Positions 39,316 to 48,296 of a stretch of 64,000 bases of DNA are shown here, piece after piece. The stretch is from an uncultured delta proteobacterium. Lineage in GTDB: Bacteria; Desulfobacterota; RBG-13-43-22. Within the stretch, counting starts at the first letter, position 1, and each line of letters starts with the position of its first letter. The notes under the pieces were generated by a model. That model was not told where the DNA came from, searched no databases, and worked only from the letters and a program-made list of their open reading frames with translations. The position numbers were made by a program, and so were the translations under genes. The stretch lies in contig CAVQFQ010000008.1 in assembly GCA_963711835.1 (NCBI GenBank), forward strand, positions 64,239-128,238. The letters are read 5' to 3'.

Positions 39316-40923
39316 ATGGAGACCTCCAACGGTTCCCCCGCCACCCAACAGGTCGCCAAATCGGCCGGATCGGTGGGGATTGCCGTTTTCTGCAGCCGGA
39401 TTTTAGGATTGATCCGGGAGCAGGTCATGGCCGTTCTCTTCGGGGCCGGCTATTATATGGATGCCTTTGTGGTGGCTTTCCGGATCCCCAATTTACTGCG
39501 GGACCTTTTCGCCGAAGGCGCCCTGTCGGCCGCCTTTGTTACGGTCTTCACCGATTACGATCAGAAAAAAGGCCCGGAGGACACCTGGCGGCTGGCCAAC
39601 AACGTCCTGCTGGCCCTGACCCTGCTGCTTTCCCTGATCACCCTTTTGGGCATGATCTTTTCCGAGGAAATCATCAAAATCATGGCCCCGGATTTCAGCA
39701 AAGTGGCCGGGAAAACCGCCCTGACCCAACTCTTGACCACGATCATGTTCCCTTTCCTGATCCTGATCTCGGCAGCCGCGGTGGTCATGGGGATCCTGAA
39801 TACCAAAGGCCGCTTCTTTATCCCGGCCATGGCTTCCACCTTTTTTAATCTGGGCTCTATAGTCGGTGGTGTCTTGCTGGCCTGGGGGGCCCCGGCTTTT
39901 GGCCAGCCCCCGATTGTCGGCATGGCCGTGGGAACCTTAATCGGCGGATTTCTCCAACTGGCTATGCAGTTGCCTTCTCTGAAGAGAGCCGGCTTCGAGT
40001 GGCGGCCCCGTCTCTATCTCAGGGACGAAGGCTTGAAGCGGATTATGATCCTGATGATCCCGGCGATGATCGGCCTCTCCGCTACCCAGATCAATATTTT
40101 TATCAATACCAATTTTGCGGCCCGCTGTGCCGAGGGCAGTGTTTCCTGGCTCAATTATGCCTTTCGTCTGATGCAATTTCCGATCGGCGTCTTTGGGGTG
40201 GCCATCTCCATTGCCACCCTGCCGCTGGTCTCCCGCCAGGCCTCTCAGGGGGATTTGGCCGGCCTGAAAGCGACCTACGTCTCCTCCCTGACCATGGCCT
40301 TTCTGCTGACACTGCCGGCCTCTTTCGGGCTGGCCTTCCTGGCCGAGCCCATTATCCGGATTATCTTTGAGCACGGCCGTTTCAATGCCCAGGATACCCT
40401 CCATACCGCCGAGGCCCTGATCTATTATTCCGTCGGGCTCTTCGCCTATTCCTCGATCAAGATCACCGTGCCGGTTTTTTACGCCCTCAAGGATACCCGT
40501 TATCCGGTCCTGGCCAGTTTTCTGGCGGTAGCCACCAATATTATTTTTATTTCCCTGACCCTGGATTATTTCCAGCACCGGGCCATCGCCTTTTCCACCT
40601 CGATTACCATGATCATCAATTTCGTTTTTTTAAGCGCCGTGCTCTACCGCAAGGTCAAGGGCTACGACCTGGCCACCCTGTTATCCTCCCTGTTCAAGAT
40701 CGCCCTGGCCTCTTTCCTGATGGGCTTATTCGCCTACCTGCTTCATCAGGCCGCAGGCCTCATCCTGGATCAGACCCGGCTTTTAAACCAGATCATTTCC
40801 CTCCTGGTGGTTATCACCCTGGCGGTCTTCGTCTATTTTCTCCTGATTCGCCGGCTGGGGGTAGGGGAATACCGGGAGGTCATGGAAATGGTGCGGAAAC
40901 GGTTCCTGGGCCGGAAACTTTAA
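39316..40923 (+). CDS. murJ: Lipid II flippase MurJ (MviN)
   Basis: SRILGLIRE, DAFVVAFRIPNLLRDLFAEGALSAAFV and YAFRLMQFPIGVFG motifs. Confidence 0.96.
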   Translation: METSNGSPATQQVAKSAGSVGIAVFCSRILGLIREQVMAVLFGAGYYMDAFVVAFRIPNLLRDLFAEGALSAAFVTVFTDYDQKKGPEDTWRLANNVLLALTLLLSLITLLGMIFSEEIIKIMAPDFSKVAGKTALTQLLTTIMFPFLILISAAAVVMGILNTKGRFFIPAMASTFFNLGSIVGGVLLAWGAPAFGQPPIVGMAVGTLIGGFLQLAMQLPSLKRAGFEWRPRLYLRDEGLKRIMILMIPAMIGLSATQINIFINTNFAARCAEGSVSWLNYAFRLMQFPIGVFGVAISIATLPLVSRQASQGDLAGLKATYVSSLTMAFLLTLPASFGLAFLAEPIIRIIFEHGRFNAQDTLHTAEALIYYSVGLFAYSSIKITVPVFYALKDTRYPVLASFLAVATNIIFISLTLDYFQHRAIAFSTSITMIINFVFLSAVLYRKVKGYDLATLLSSLFKIALASFLMGLFAYLLHQAAGLILDQTRLLNQIISLLVVITLAVFVYFLLIRRLGVGEYREVMEMVRKRFLGRKL

Positions 40924-40964
40924 TCTTGACAATTTTCCCGAATTCATTAAAAAGTAGTCCAGGT

Positions 40965-41052
40965 GCCTGGGTGGCGGAACTGGTAGACGCAAGGGACTTA
41001 AAATCCCTCGGTCCTCGTGGCTGTACCGGTTCGATTCCGGTCCCAGGCACCA
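40965..41052 (+). tRNA. tRNA-Leu(TAA)
   Basis: GCCTGGGTGGCGGAACTGGTAGACGCAAGGGACTTAAAATCCCT...GGTTCGATTCCGGTCCCAGGCACCA. Confidence 0.97.
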
Positions 41053-41094
41053 GATTATTTTTTTTATTCGGCAGGACCGTAATTTGTATCTTAG

Positions 41095-41310
41095 TTAATC
41101 CCTGATCCCTTTTTCTTTTCGGGTGCTGATCCCGAGCACCGTCCAAAGAGGTCAAAGACCTGTGAAGGCTGTTATAAGGGCTATGGCGGCAACAACCAAT
41201 ACCCCTATACGCCACCCGGTGCTTAGAGGCGCCAATAACCCCGCCAGGATAAGGGCCAATCCGACAACGATCCTTATTCCCTTATCGATTCCGCCAACAT
41301 TCTTTTTCAT
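41095..41310 (-). CDS. DUF2892 (YgaP-like) membrane protein, probable selenoprotein (UGA at codon 53)
   Basis: SD ggagggg. Translation MKKNVGGIDKGIRIVVGLALILAGLLAPLSTGWRIGVLVVAAIALITAFTGL-UGA-PLWTVLGISTRKEKGIRD*. The UGA (41152-41154) sits at the Cys of the family GxCPxxxxLGIST motif. Confidence 0.82.
41122..41140 (-). promoter_or_regulatory. Candidate bacterial SECIS hairpin
   Basis: GGTGCT-CGGGATC-AGCACC begins 11 nt after the UGA and has a G-containing apical loop. Confidence 0.6.
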
Positions 41311-41439
41311 TTTTCACCCCTCCCTTCTGAATCTCTGATTTTTGTTTCTGCTGGACTGATGGCGGCCTCCCTGAAGTTTTGGGGGAAATCGGGCATGGTC
41401 CCCGTTTTCAGCCCGTCAGCCTGTCCCCGGAAAGAGCGT

Positions 41440-41710
41440 TTAAAGAAAAACCCGGTAATCCACTCTTAAAACCTTAGCCAACAGACGCGCATTTTTCTTT
41501 CCAATTGGCCGCTTGCCGTGTTCCATCATGGACAAGTGCCGTTGCGGTATCCCGCTCAACTCGGAAAGCCGGGTCTGTGTCATCCCCTCTTTGGTTCGGG
41601 ATCCCAGCAGGGAAACCCCCGGAAGGTCTTCTTTCCGGTATTCGGGGAAAGCCTCCCGCCAAGGAATCGAATCGTCAGGGTCAATAAAGCCCATCTCTTT
41701 CAAGACCTCT
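41440..41710 (-). pseudogene. C-terminal fragment of an XRE-family HTH protein (antitoxin-like)
   Basis: DSIPWREAFPE...GMTQTRLSELSGIPQRHLSMMEHGKRPIGKKNARLLAKVL. The native N-terminus is replaced by unrelated upstream sequence. Confidence 0.72.
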
Positions 41711-41905
41711 ACTGACGATGGCAGTAAATTTGTTGGAGGCGATGTTGGACAAGGTGTCAATTTGAAGAAACCTCTGGTCATTCAAATAGACCCTCGGTCG
41801 CCGTTCTCGAATAGAGAGGGGGTCAATGACCAAGTCGACCTTGACCCCATCGATCACCATCGAGAGGAATTGGGGGCCCTGCTTTATTTTCCTGAAGGGG
41901 TTCCA
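41705..41905 (-). pseudogene. Fragment of an AbiEii-like nucleotidyltransferase toxin
   Basis: IDGVKVDLV...IDTLSNIASNKFTAIVSR resembles the AbiEii KxxAxxxR region; too short and fused to the HTH fragment. Confidence 0.55.
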
Positions 41906-42150
41906 TATATCTCGACCATCCGGGTCCACTTTGTTCGGGTATAGGGCCTAAGCTTCAGCCTGGGCAGTTGTCCGGCGATTTCGCCTATTGTAAAAAATTT
42001 CAAGGTATCCACAACCCGGGCGTATTCCAAGAACCGGCTCATAAGCCAAAAATACAAAGAGGTGTTCTTCCGCTCCTGCAAACAAGACCGGAGCGTCGCC
42101 TCTTCGGTGAACTGAGGATAGTCCCAAAATGCGGCCTTCAGGAAAATCAT
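41884..42150 (-). CDS. Small putative antitoxin partner of the AbiEii-like gene
   Basis: FWDYP...RFLEY pattern; the 3' end overlaps the toxin start. Confidence 0.55.
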   Translation of the reverse strand: MIFLKAAFWDYPQFTEEATLRSCLQERKNTSLYFWLMSRFLEYARVVDTLKFFTIGEIAGQLPRLKLRPYTRTKWTRMVEIYGTPSGK

Positions 42151-42363
42151 GAGAAAAAACCCTCCCAATAAGGATTATATCTATAAAAGGTGAATTTAAC
42201 AACCAGGATAACCTCGGCGAATTAACCGAACGTTGCCGACAGGTCTCTCTCCGTTTTCCATTAGGTAGCCTCAATGGAACCTAACTTCGTTTTCCAGAAT
42301 TTCCCAGACAGCTACAATGGACCTGGGCCATCGCCAACTTTTTTGGAGATGATCACAACGCGT

Positions 42364-42977
42364 TTATGGCAGATAATCCTTTTTTAAAATCGAAAAGTCC
42401 TTCAGGTAATATAGCCGGATATCGGTCCGATCCTGAACCTCCATGTTCAGGGTGGTCTGTTTGGTCACCTGAATGCGCGACCCAATGAATCGGACCACGG
42501 GGATATGCGATTTTTTGACCAGGGCCATCGCCTCGGAGAGGGCCCGTTTGGTATTCTCGGGGCCGGCGACCAGCACCGAGGTCTGCATTTTCTGAAGGGC
42601 CTGGATGGCGCCCGGCTGATTGCATCGGAAGAAATCTCCGTAGCGCGCCCGGAGTTGATCGGCTGTTTCCAGGGGAAGCATCGTGACCAAGGCGTCACCG
42701 GCAAAGGTATTGATCGAAACACCCTCATCCTTCAGGATGAAATGATGCTCAATTCCGGTTCCAGGATCCCTTCGATGTGGTGGTTTCCGGCATCAATAGT
42801 GATCCGGGAACCGTCAATCGTGACCAAGGGGGCGGCTTGGCGGCAGGCCACAGCGACAATAAGGAGCAGGGCGATAAGGATAATCTGCTTCTCCGGCCTG
42901 GACAAAAAGAATCCTTTATGAAGGTGCGGTCGATCTTGATCGGAAGTCTTTTTAGCCGGTATTTCGGTCATAATCAC
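42364..42977 (-). pseudogene. Hypothetical lipoprotein split by a frameshift near 42752
   Basis: ORF 42732-42977 carries lipobox AVAC. The frame of ORF 42364-42690 stays open upstream through EHHFILKDEG and overlaps it. Confidence 0.55.
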
Positions 42978-43320
42978 CAGCCCTTCTTCCCTTCTCCAAT
43001 TTGCAACTGCAGGCCTGATCCGGAATTACCGCTAACCTACTAAAATTAGAGTTTGTCCAAGGTTAGGCGATTTTTAAGCTATCCATTCGTCGAGGGCTTT
43101 GGGTGATATAAAATTTTAGAAGATTTCCCTTCGCGTTCATTTCTCTAATCCTTCGAAAATTGGGTAGTGGGAGGGCATTTATTCTTAAAATAATTTTGGC
43201 CAACAAACCAAATTCACACCGGGTACGAAAATCCCAGGATTTTCTTTCTTTCGACAAGTTCACTCAGTAACTACGTTATATAGGCCTTAAACCTGAGAGT
43301 CCCCTTCGACAGGTGAGCCC

Positions 43321-44280
43321 CTAATTTTTGGGGAATATGGACCGCAGATCGGATATGAGGATGCCCAGGTCTCGATAAGGATCTGTACGTCCGGCGGAAA
43401 AACGCATCAGGATCTCATTAAGGTCTGCGGAAAGGTAGGGGAACAACTTGCGCAGGTTGGCCACCCGATGCTGAAACATGAGCGACATATCATCTGAAGT
43501 CAATGTCTCCCCGAAGTCGGGATACTTCTGAGGTTGCTGTCTGATATCATGTGCCGAGTGTCTGCCCTTTCCCGCTGCCTGCAGAAGGATGTTGCCCAGA
43601 GAAAACAAATCATAGTTCGGATGGCTGATCAGGTAGTCAAAATCGATCCAGATATAAGCGTTCGAGTGGTTTTTAAGCAGAATATGGTCTGCCCGGATAT
43701 CCCCGTGCTGCAGTCCCTTTTTGTGCAACTGGGCGATGGCCTCGATGCACCCGATCACCGATTGTATTATTCCGGGAAATAGGTTTCGGTAATACTCCCG
43801 GTGAGGCATATCAATCCGGCGTAAAAACTCGTAAAGTGATTGACCGGGGATAAAGTCCAGGATCCGCACCAGGTTGCCGACCGTATCAGGTACTGATACC
43901 CCCTGCATAAAAAACGGGTGGCCGCACATTGCTTCAAGGACCGCAGATTCCTTCTCGGCGCTTCGCCTACAGTGAAAGACTTCCGAACCGATTCGACCGG
44001 TGAAGGTTTCCTCGAATTTCAGCTTGATAACCTTACGTTCACCGCTGGTTAAATCTAGGGCGATCTTAACCCAGAACTTGGGTTGGTCGTCTATTCCAAA
44101 ACGTCCTTCCCGAGCGTTTCCCAAAACCAGATAATCGTTGCCGGCAAGTCGCAGGACATGTCCGTAGTCGATTGACATGAATTCTGATGTGTCCTCGAAT
44201 ACTTTAGATTTTTCATCCGCAGGCCGTCCGCTCTTTTCCATGATACGGTCTTTGAGTGATTCTGGGTTCTCGAAAATCAC
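43321..44280 (-). CDS. Protein kinase-like protein
   Basis: KVIK, catalytic loop HGDIRADHIL, WIDFD and DLFSLGNIL motifs. Confidence 0.82.
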   Translation of the reverse strand: MIFENPESLKDRIMEKSGRPADEKSKVFEDTSEFMSIDYGHVLRLAGNDYLVLGNAREGRFGIDDQPKFWVKIALDLTSGERKVIKLKFEETFTGRIGSEVFHCRRSAEKESAVLEAMCGHPFFMQGVSVPDTVGNLVRILDFIPGQSLYEFLRRIDMPHREYYRNLFPGIIQSVIGCIEAIAQLHKKGLQHGDIRADHILLKNHSNAYIWIDFDYLISHPNYDLFSLGNILLQAAGKGRHSAHDIRQQPQKYPDFGETLTSDDMSLMFQHRVANLRKLFPYLSADLNEILMRFSAGRTDPYRDLGILISDLRSIFPKN

Positions 44281-44687
44281 AGTTTTGTCTTTCCTCTCTT
44301 AAGGAGTAGTATATCACATGCCTGAAAAATGAGATGAAAATAACCTTTCGACAGGAAGTTTATGAGGAATTCAAGTTTTTTGCTAAATTAAATCAAGGAT
44401 TCGGGTAAAGTCCCATTGCCATGTTTATTCCGCATTAGAGTTGGAGGCCGGGGAGTTTTTTCAGGGGGCCGGGCTAATCGTCGAACCTGGGGCTGCGCAG
44501 GAAGCCAAGGGCTGATTTTAAAAGGCTCGTGGGGAACTGACCGGCCTTTTTGTTTCCGGGTCCGGGGAAGTGGGGAGAGAGGGCCTTGACTAAAAAAGTG
44601 CGGAAAGAATGCGGACAAACCACCGGTTGACCTCCAAAACAGAAAAAGGGGCCGAAACCCTCACGGGCTTCAACCCCTTGAATTTAC

Positions 44688-44775
44688 TGGTGCCGGAGGT
44701 CGGAATTGAACCGACATGGTCGCGAGGACCGGGGGATTTTGAGTCCCCTGCGTCTACCAGTTTCACCACTCCGGC
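44688..44775 (-). tRNA. tRNA-Leu(CAA)
   Basis: Reverse complement GCCGGAGTGGTGAAACTGGTAGACGCAGGGGACTCAAAATCCCC...GGTTCAATTCCGACCTCCGGCACCA. Confidence 0.97.
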
Positions 44776-44807
44776 AGGCTGGCTAAGACAATCGGACAAC
44801 CTTAAAA

Positions 44808-44836
44808 AGTATAGAAATTTGTCCCCGAACTGTCAA
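44808..44836 (-). promoter_or_regulatory. Sigma-70 promoter for tRNA-Leu(CAA)
   Basis: TTGACA-17 nt-TATACT on the minus strand; a divergent TTGACA at 44876 precedes tRNA-Ala. Confidence 0.7.
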
Positions 44837-44919
44837 GAAAAAACCCCGGACATAAACTCTTTTTCAAAAAAGTTATTGACACTTATCAATAAGATATAGT
44901 ATCTTAATTTTTCTATTTT

Positions 44920-44995
44920 GGGGCTGTAGCTCAGCTGGGAGAGCGCTTGACTGGCAGTCAAGAGGTCGACGGTTCGATCCCGTTCAGCTCCACCA
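44920..44995 (+). tRNA. tRNA-Ala(GGC)
   Basis: GGGGCTGTAGCTCAGCTGGGAGAGCGCTTGACTGGCAGTCAAG...GGTTCGATCCCGTTCAGCTCCACCA. Confidence 0.97.
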
Positions 44996-45005
44996 AAGCA
45001 CAATC

Positions 45006-45050
45006 AAGGAGTTAATCCTGCCGCATCAGGAGGGATTAGCTCCTTTTTTT
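45006..45050 (+). terminator. Intrinsic terminator between tRNA-Ala and the ABC permease
   Basis: aaggagttaatcct / gggattagctcctt stem followed by a T run. Confidence 0.75.
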
Positions 45051-46275
45051 ATTCATAATGCAGGGCATCGATGGGGTTAAGGCGGGAGGCCTTATGGGCC
45101 GGATAGAAGCCGAAGAAGATGCCCACGGCGGCGGCGAAGGAAAAGGACAGCAGCAGGGCCCCGTACGAGATCAGGACATTCCAGCCGGAGAAGGAGGCCA
45201 TCACTTTGGCTCCGATAACCCCCAGGGCCACTCCGATCAGCCCGCCCACCATGCTCAGGACTATCGATTCGGTCAGAAACTGAAAAAGGATATCGGTTCC
45301 CCGGGCCCCCACGGCCATGCGGATGCCGATCTCCCGGGTCCGTTCCGTTACCGAGACCAGCATGATATTCATGATGCCGATCCCGCCCACCAGCAGGGAG
45401 ACCAGGGCGATGGAGCCCAGCAGCAGGGACATGATCCGGGCCGATTCTTCGGCCGCGGCCATGAGCTCGGTCAAATTCCGAACCGTAAAATCCGGCAATT
45501 GCCCCGCTTGGGTCCGATGCCGCTGCTTCAGCAAATCGTTGACCTGGCTTTCGGCCTCGGCCATGAGTTCTAAGGCCTGGGCCTGGACCAGGATAATCCG
45601 GACCGTTTTCGGCAGGCTGCTGCCGAAGACCTTTTTTTGGGAAGTAGTCAGGGGGATGTAGACCACATCATCCTGATCATCGCCCCGGGGCGAAGGCCCT
45701 TTCTTAGAAAGCACCCCGACCACGCTGAAGGGCACCTTCTTGATGCGGATGATCTGGCCCAGGGGATTTTCCGTACCGAACAAGTTGTCCACCACCGATT
45801 GGCCCAGGACGGCCACCTTAACCGCTCCGCTGATCTCCGGCTCAATAAAATTGCGGCCCGAGCCCAGGGGCCAATCCCGGATGTCAAAGAATGAGGGGGT
45901 GGTGCCGGTGACGCTGGTATTCCAATTCTGATTTCCGTAGACCACCTGGGTCACTCCTCCCCAGGTGGGGGCCACCTCCTTCACCGCCGGACATTCATCC
46001 TTGATGGCCTTGGCGTCGTCCGAGGTCAGGGTGGAAACACTGCCCAGGCCCATCCGGGCCCCGCCGGCCGTGGTGGCCCCCGGAACCACCATGATCAGGT
46101 TGGAGCCCATGCTGGCGATCTGCTGGGAGATCATCTCCCGGGCCCCCGAACCGATGGCCACCATGACGATCACCGCCCCGACCCCGATAATGATCCCCAG
46201 CATGGTCAGGAAAGAGCGCATCTTGTTGATTCGTAAGGCCCTTAAGGCAACCTTTAAACTGGAAAGAGGTCTCAT
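45049..46275 (-). CDS. MacB-family ABC transporter permease
   Basis: RSFLTMLGIIIGV, VGGIGIMNIMLVSVTERTREIGIRMAVGA and LNPIDAL motifs. Confidence 0.95.
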   Translation of the reverse strand: MRPLSSLKVALRALRINKMRSFLTMLGIIIGVGAVIVMVAIGSGAREMISQQIASMGSNLIMVVPGATTAGGARMGLGSVSTLTSDDAKAIKDECPAVKEVAPTWGGVTQVVYGNQNWNTSVTGTTPSFFDIRDWPLGSGRNFIEPEISGAVKVAVLGQSVVDNLFGTENPLGQIIRIKKVPFSVVGVLSKKGPSPRGDDQDDVVYIPLTTSQKKVFGSSLPKTVRIILVQAQALELMAEAESQVNDLLKQRHRTQAGQLPDFTVRNLTELMAAAEESARIMSLLLGSIALVSLLVGGIGIMNIMLVSVTERTREIGIRMAVGARGTDILFQFLTESIVLSMVGGLIGVALGVIGAKVMASFSGWNVLISYGALLLSFSFAAAVGIFFGFYPAHKASRLNPIDALHYE

Positions 46276-47015
46276 CTCGGCCCTTCCTCCATCTGCGAAA
46301 GGCAGGCGGGTTCGCTGATCCGGGCTGGTTCCGAAAGGCCGTCTTGGATAACCTGGCCGTCCTTAAATAAGATGACCCTCCGGGTAAAACGGGAGATATC
46401 CGCTTCATGGGTCACCAGGATGATGGTCATCTGCTGTTCTTCATTGAGCTGGGTCAGGAGCTGCATGATCTCCAGGCTGGTTTTCGTGTCCAGATTCCCG
46501 GTGGGTTCGTCGGCCAGGATAATCGAGGGCTTGTTGACCAGGGCCCGGGCAATAGCCACCCGCTGCTGCTGCCCTCCGGAGAGCTGGTTGGAATGATGCT
46601 CCTCACGCCCGGCCAGACCCACCGAGGCCAGGGCTTCCCGGGCCCTCTGGTGGCGTTCCCGAAAAGGCAGGGCGCCGTAGATCAAGGGAAGCTCCACATT
46701 CTCCAGGGCCGAGGTCCGGGACAGAAGATTGAAACCCTGGAAGACAAAGCCGATCTTCCGATTCCGGAGATGGGCCAATTGATCCTGGCTCAAAGACCCG
46801 ATCTCGATCCCGTCTAAGTAATAGGAACCCCCGCTGGGTACATCCAGACAGCCCAGGATGTTCATAAAGGTCGATTTCCCGGATCCGGAGGAGCCCATGA
46901 TCGACACAAACTCCCCGGCCGCAATGGAAAGAGTCACCTGGCTTAAGGCCGGGATCTCAATATCACCGACCTGATAAATCTTGGTCAGATCTCTAACTTC
47001 GATTAAAGGGGCCAT
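46272..47015 (-). CDS. MacB/LolD-family ABC transporter ATPase
   Basis: GSSGSGKST, LSGGQQQRVAIARAL, ADEPTGNLD and VTH; start at ATG 47015. Confidence 0.95.
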   Translation of the reverse strand: MAPLIEVRDLTKIYQVGDIEIPALSQVTLSIAAGEFVSIMGSSGSGKSTFMNILGCLDVPSGGSYYLDGIEIGSLSQDQLAHLRNRKIGFVFQGFNLLSRTSALENVELPLIYGALPFRERHQRAREALASVGLAGREEHHSNQLSGGQQQRVAIARALVNKPSIILADEPTGNLDTKTSLEIMQLLTQLNEEQQMTIILVTHEADISRFTRRVILFKDGQVIQDGLSEPARISEPACLSQMEEGPR

Positions 47016-47043
47016 CGGTTTTTCTTCCACCTCTTCCCGGCCC

Positions 47044-48251
47044 TTAAAAACGCATGCCCCTCGAGGCTCCCGACGATTGGCCTTGAGAATTTTTGCTTTT
47101 ATCCTCTTTCTTTTGCCGGAGTTCACTGATGACCAGATCGCCTTCCTTCAACCGGCTGCCGAGGATCTCGGTGAATTGCCCGTCGGTCAGGCCCGGCCTT
47201 ACCGAAATCGGGACCGGTTTGTTCTCCGGACCTACCATCCAGACCAGGGGACCCTTCTTCTGTTTCTTGGGCTCGGCCGCCCCGGTCTCCCGGCGGGCCG
47301 GCTTGAAACGCAGGGCGGCATTGGAGACCTTCAGCACGTCTTCCTTCTCTTCGATAATGATGGCCACATTGGCCGTCATGCCCGGTTTCAGCTTCAGCTC
47401 CGGGTTCTTGACCCGCAAGACCACATCATAGGTGACTACATTCTGGAGGGTGGTGGCGGCATTCCGGATCTGGACCACCTGGGCCTTAAAGGGTTCTGCC
47501 GGGAAAGGCGTCCACGGTAAAAGAGGCCTCCTGCCCTGTTTTCACCCGCCCGATATCGGCTTCATCCAGATTGGTGTGCACTTCCATATCCTTCAGGTCC
47601 TGGGCTATGACAAACAGGGTCGGGGCCTGCAGGCTGGCGGCCACGGTCTGGCCCACGTCCACGTTCCGGGCCACCACAATGCCGGTGACCGGGGAGCGGA
47701 TGGTGGCGTAATTTAAATTGGTCCGGGCCGAAGCCAGGTTGGCCTGGGCGGTCTCAATCTGGGCCTGGGCGGCCTTCACGGCCGCCTGGGATAACTCATA
47801 TTTGGTCTGGGCCTGATCCAGATCAAACTGGGAAACCAGTTGGTCCTGATAAAGGCTCCGATAGCGGTTCAAGGTGCGCAGGTTGTCCTGCAAGCTGGTC
47901 TTCTCCCGCTCCAGACCGGTCCGGGCATTCTTTCAGATCGGCTTCGGTCTGATCCACCTTGGCCTGAAAAAGGGCCGGGTCGATCCGGGCGATCGGCTGT
48001 CCCTGGCGCACCAGGGAGTTAAAATCGGCCGTCAGCTTTATAATAGTCCCCGAAACCTGGCTCCCGACCTGGACCAGGGTCACCGGATTGACGGTCCCGG
48101 TGGCAATCACCTGGGCGGTAATGGCCCCCCGCTGTACCGGTTCCGTCTTATACTGAACCTTCGGGTTCCGGCTGCCTATGTACCAATAGCCCCCGGCGGC
48201 CACTCCGCCTAATAAAATAATCACGCCAATGACTATCACTATTCGTTTCAT
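47044..48251 (-). pseudogene. MacA-like periplasmic adaptor, split by two +1 frameshifts (possible assembly errors)
   Basis: Three ORFs join into one adaptor (VQVGSQVSG; IRSPVTGIV...GQTVAASLQAPTLF; LKPGMTANV) if one base is removed near 47932 and one near 47492. Confidence 0.85.
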
Positions 48252-48296
48252 CAACTTTCCTTTTCTTTGGACGGGACTCATTCCAGCCGCGGTCCC

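Noticed and set aside
42729-42734. UGA readthrough joining ORFs 42732-42977 and 42465-42728
   Set aside because: The downstream in-frame peptide looks non-coding and there is no Cys-motif context; a frameshift into the 42364-42690 frame gives a more plausible protein.
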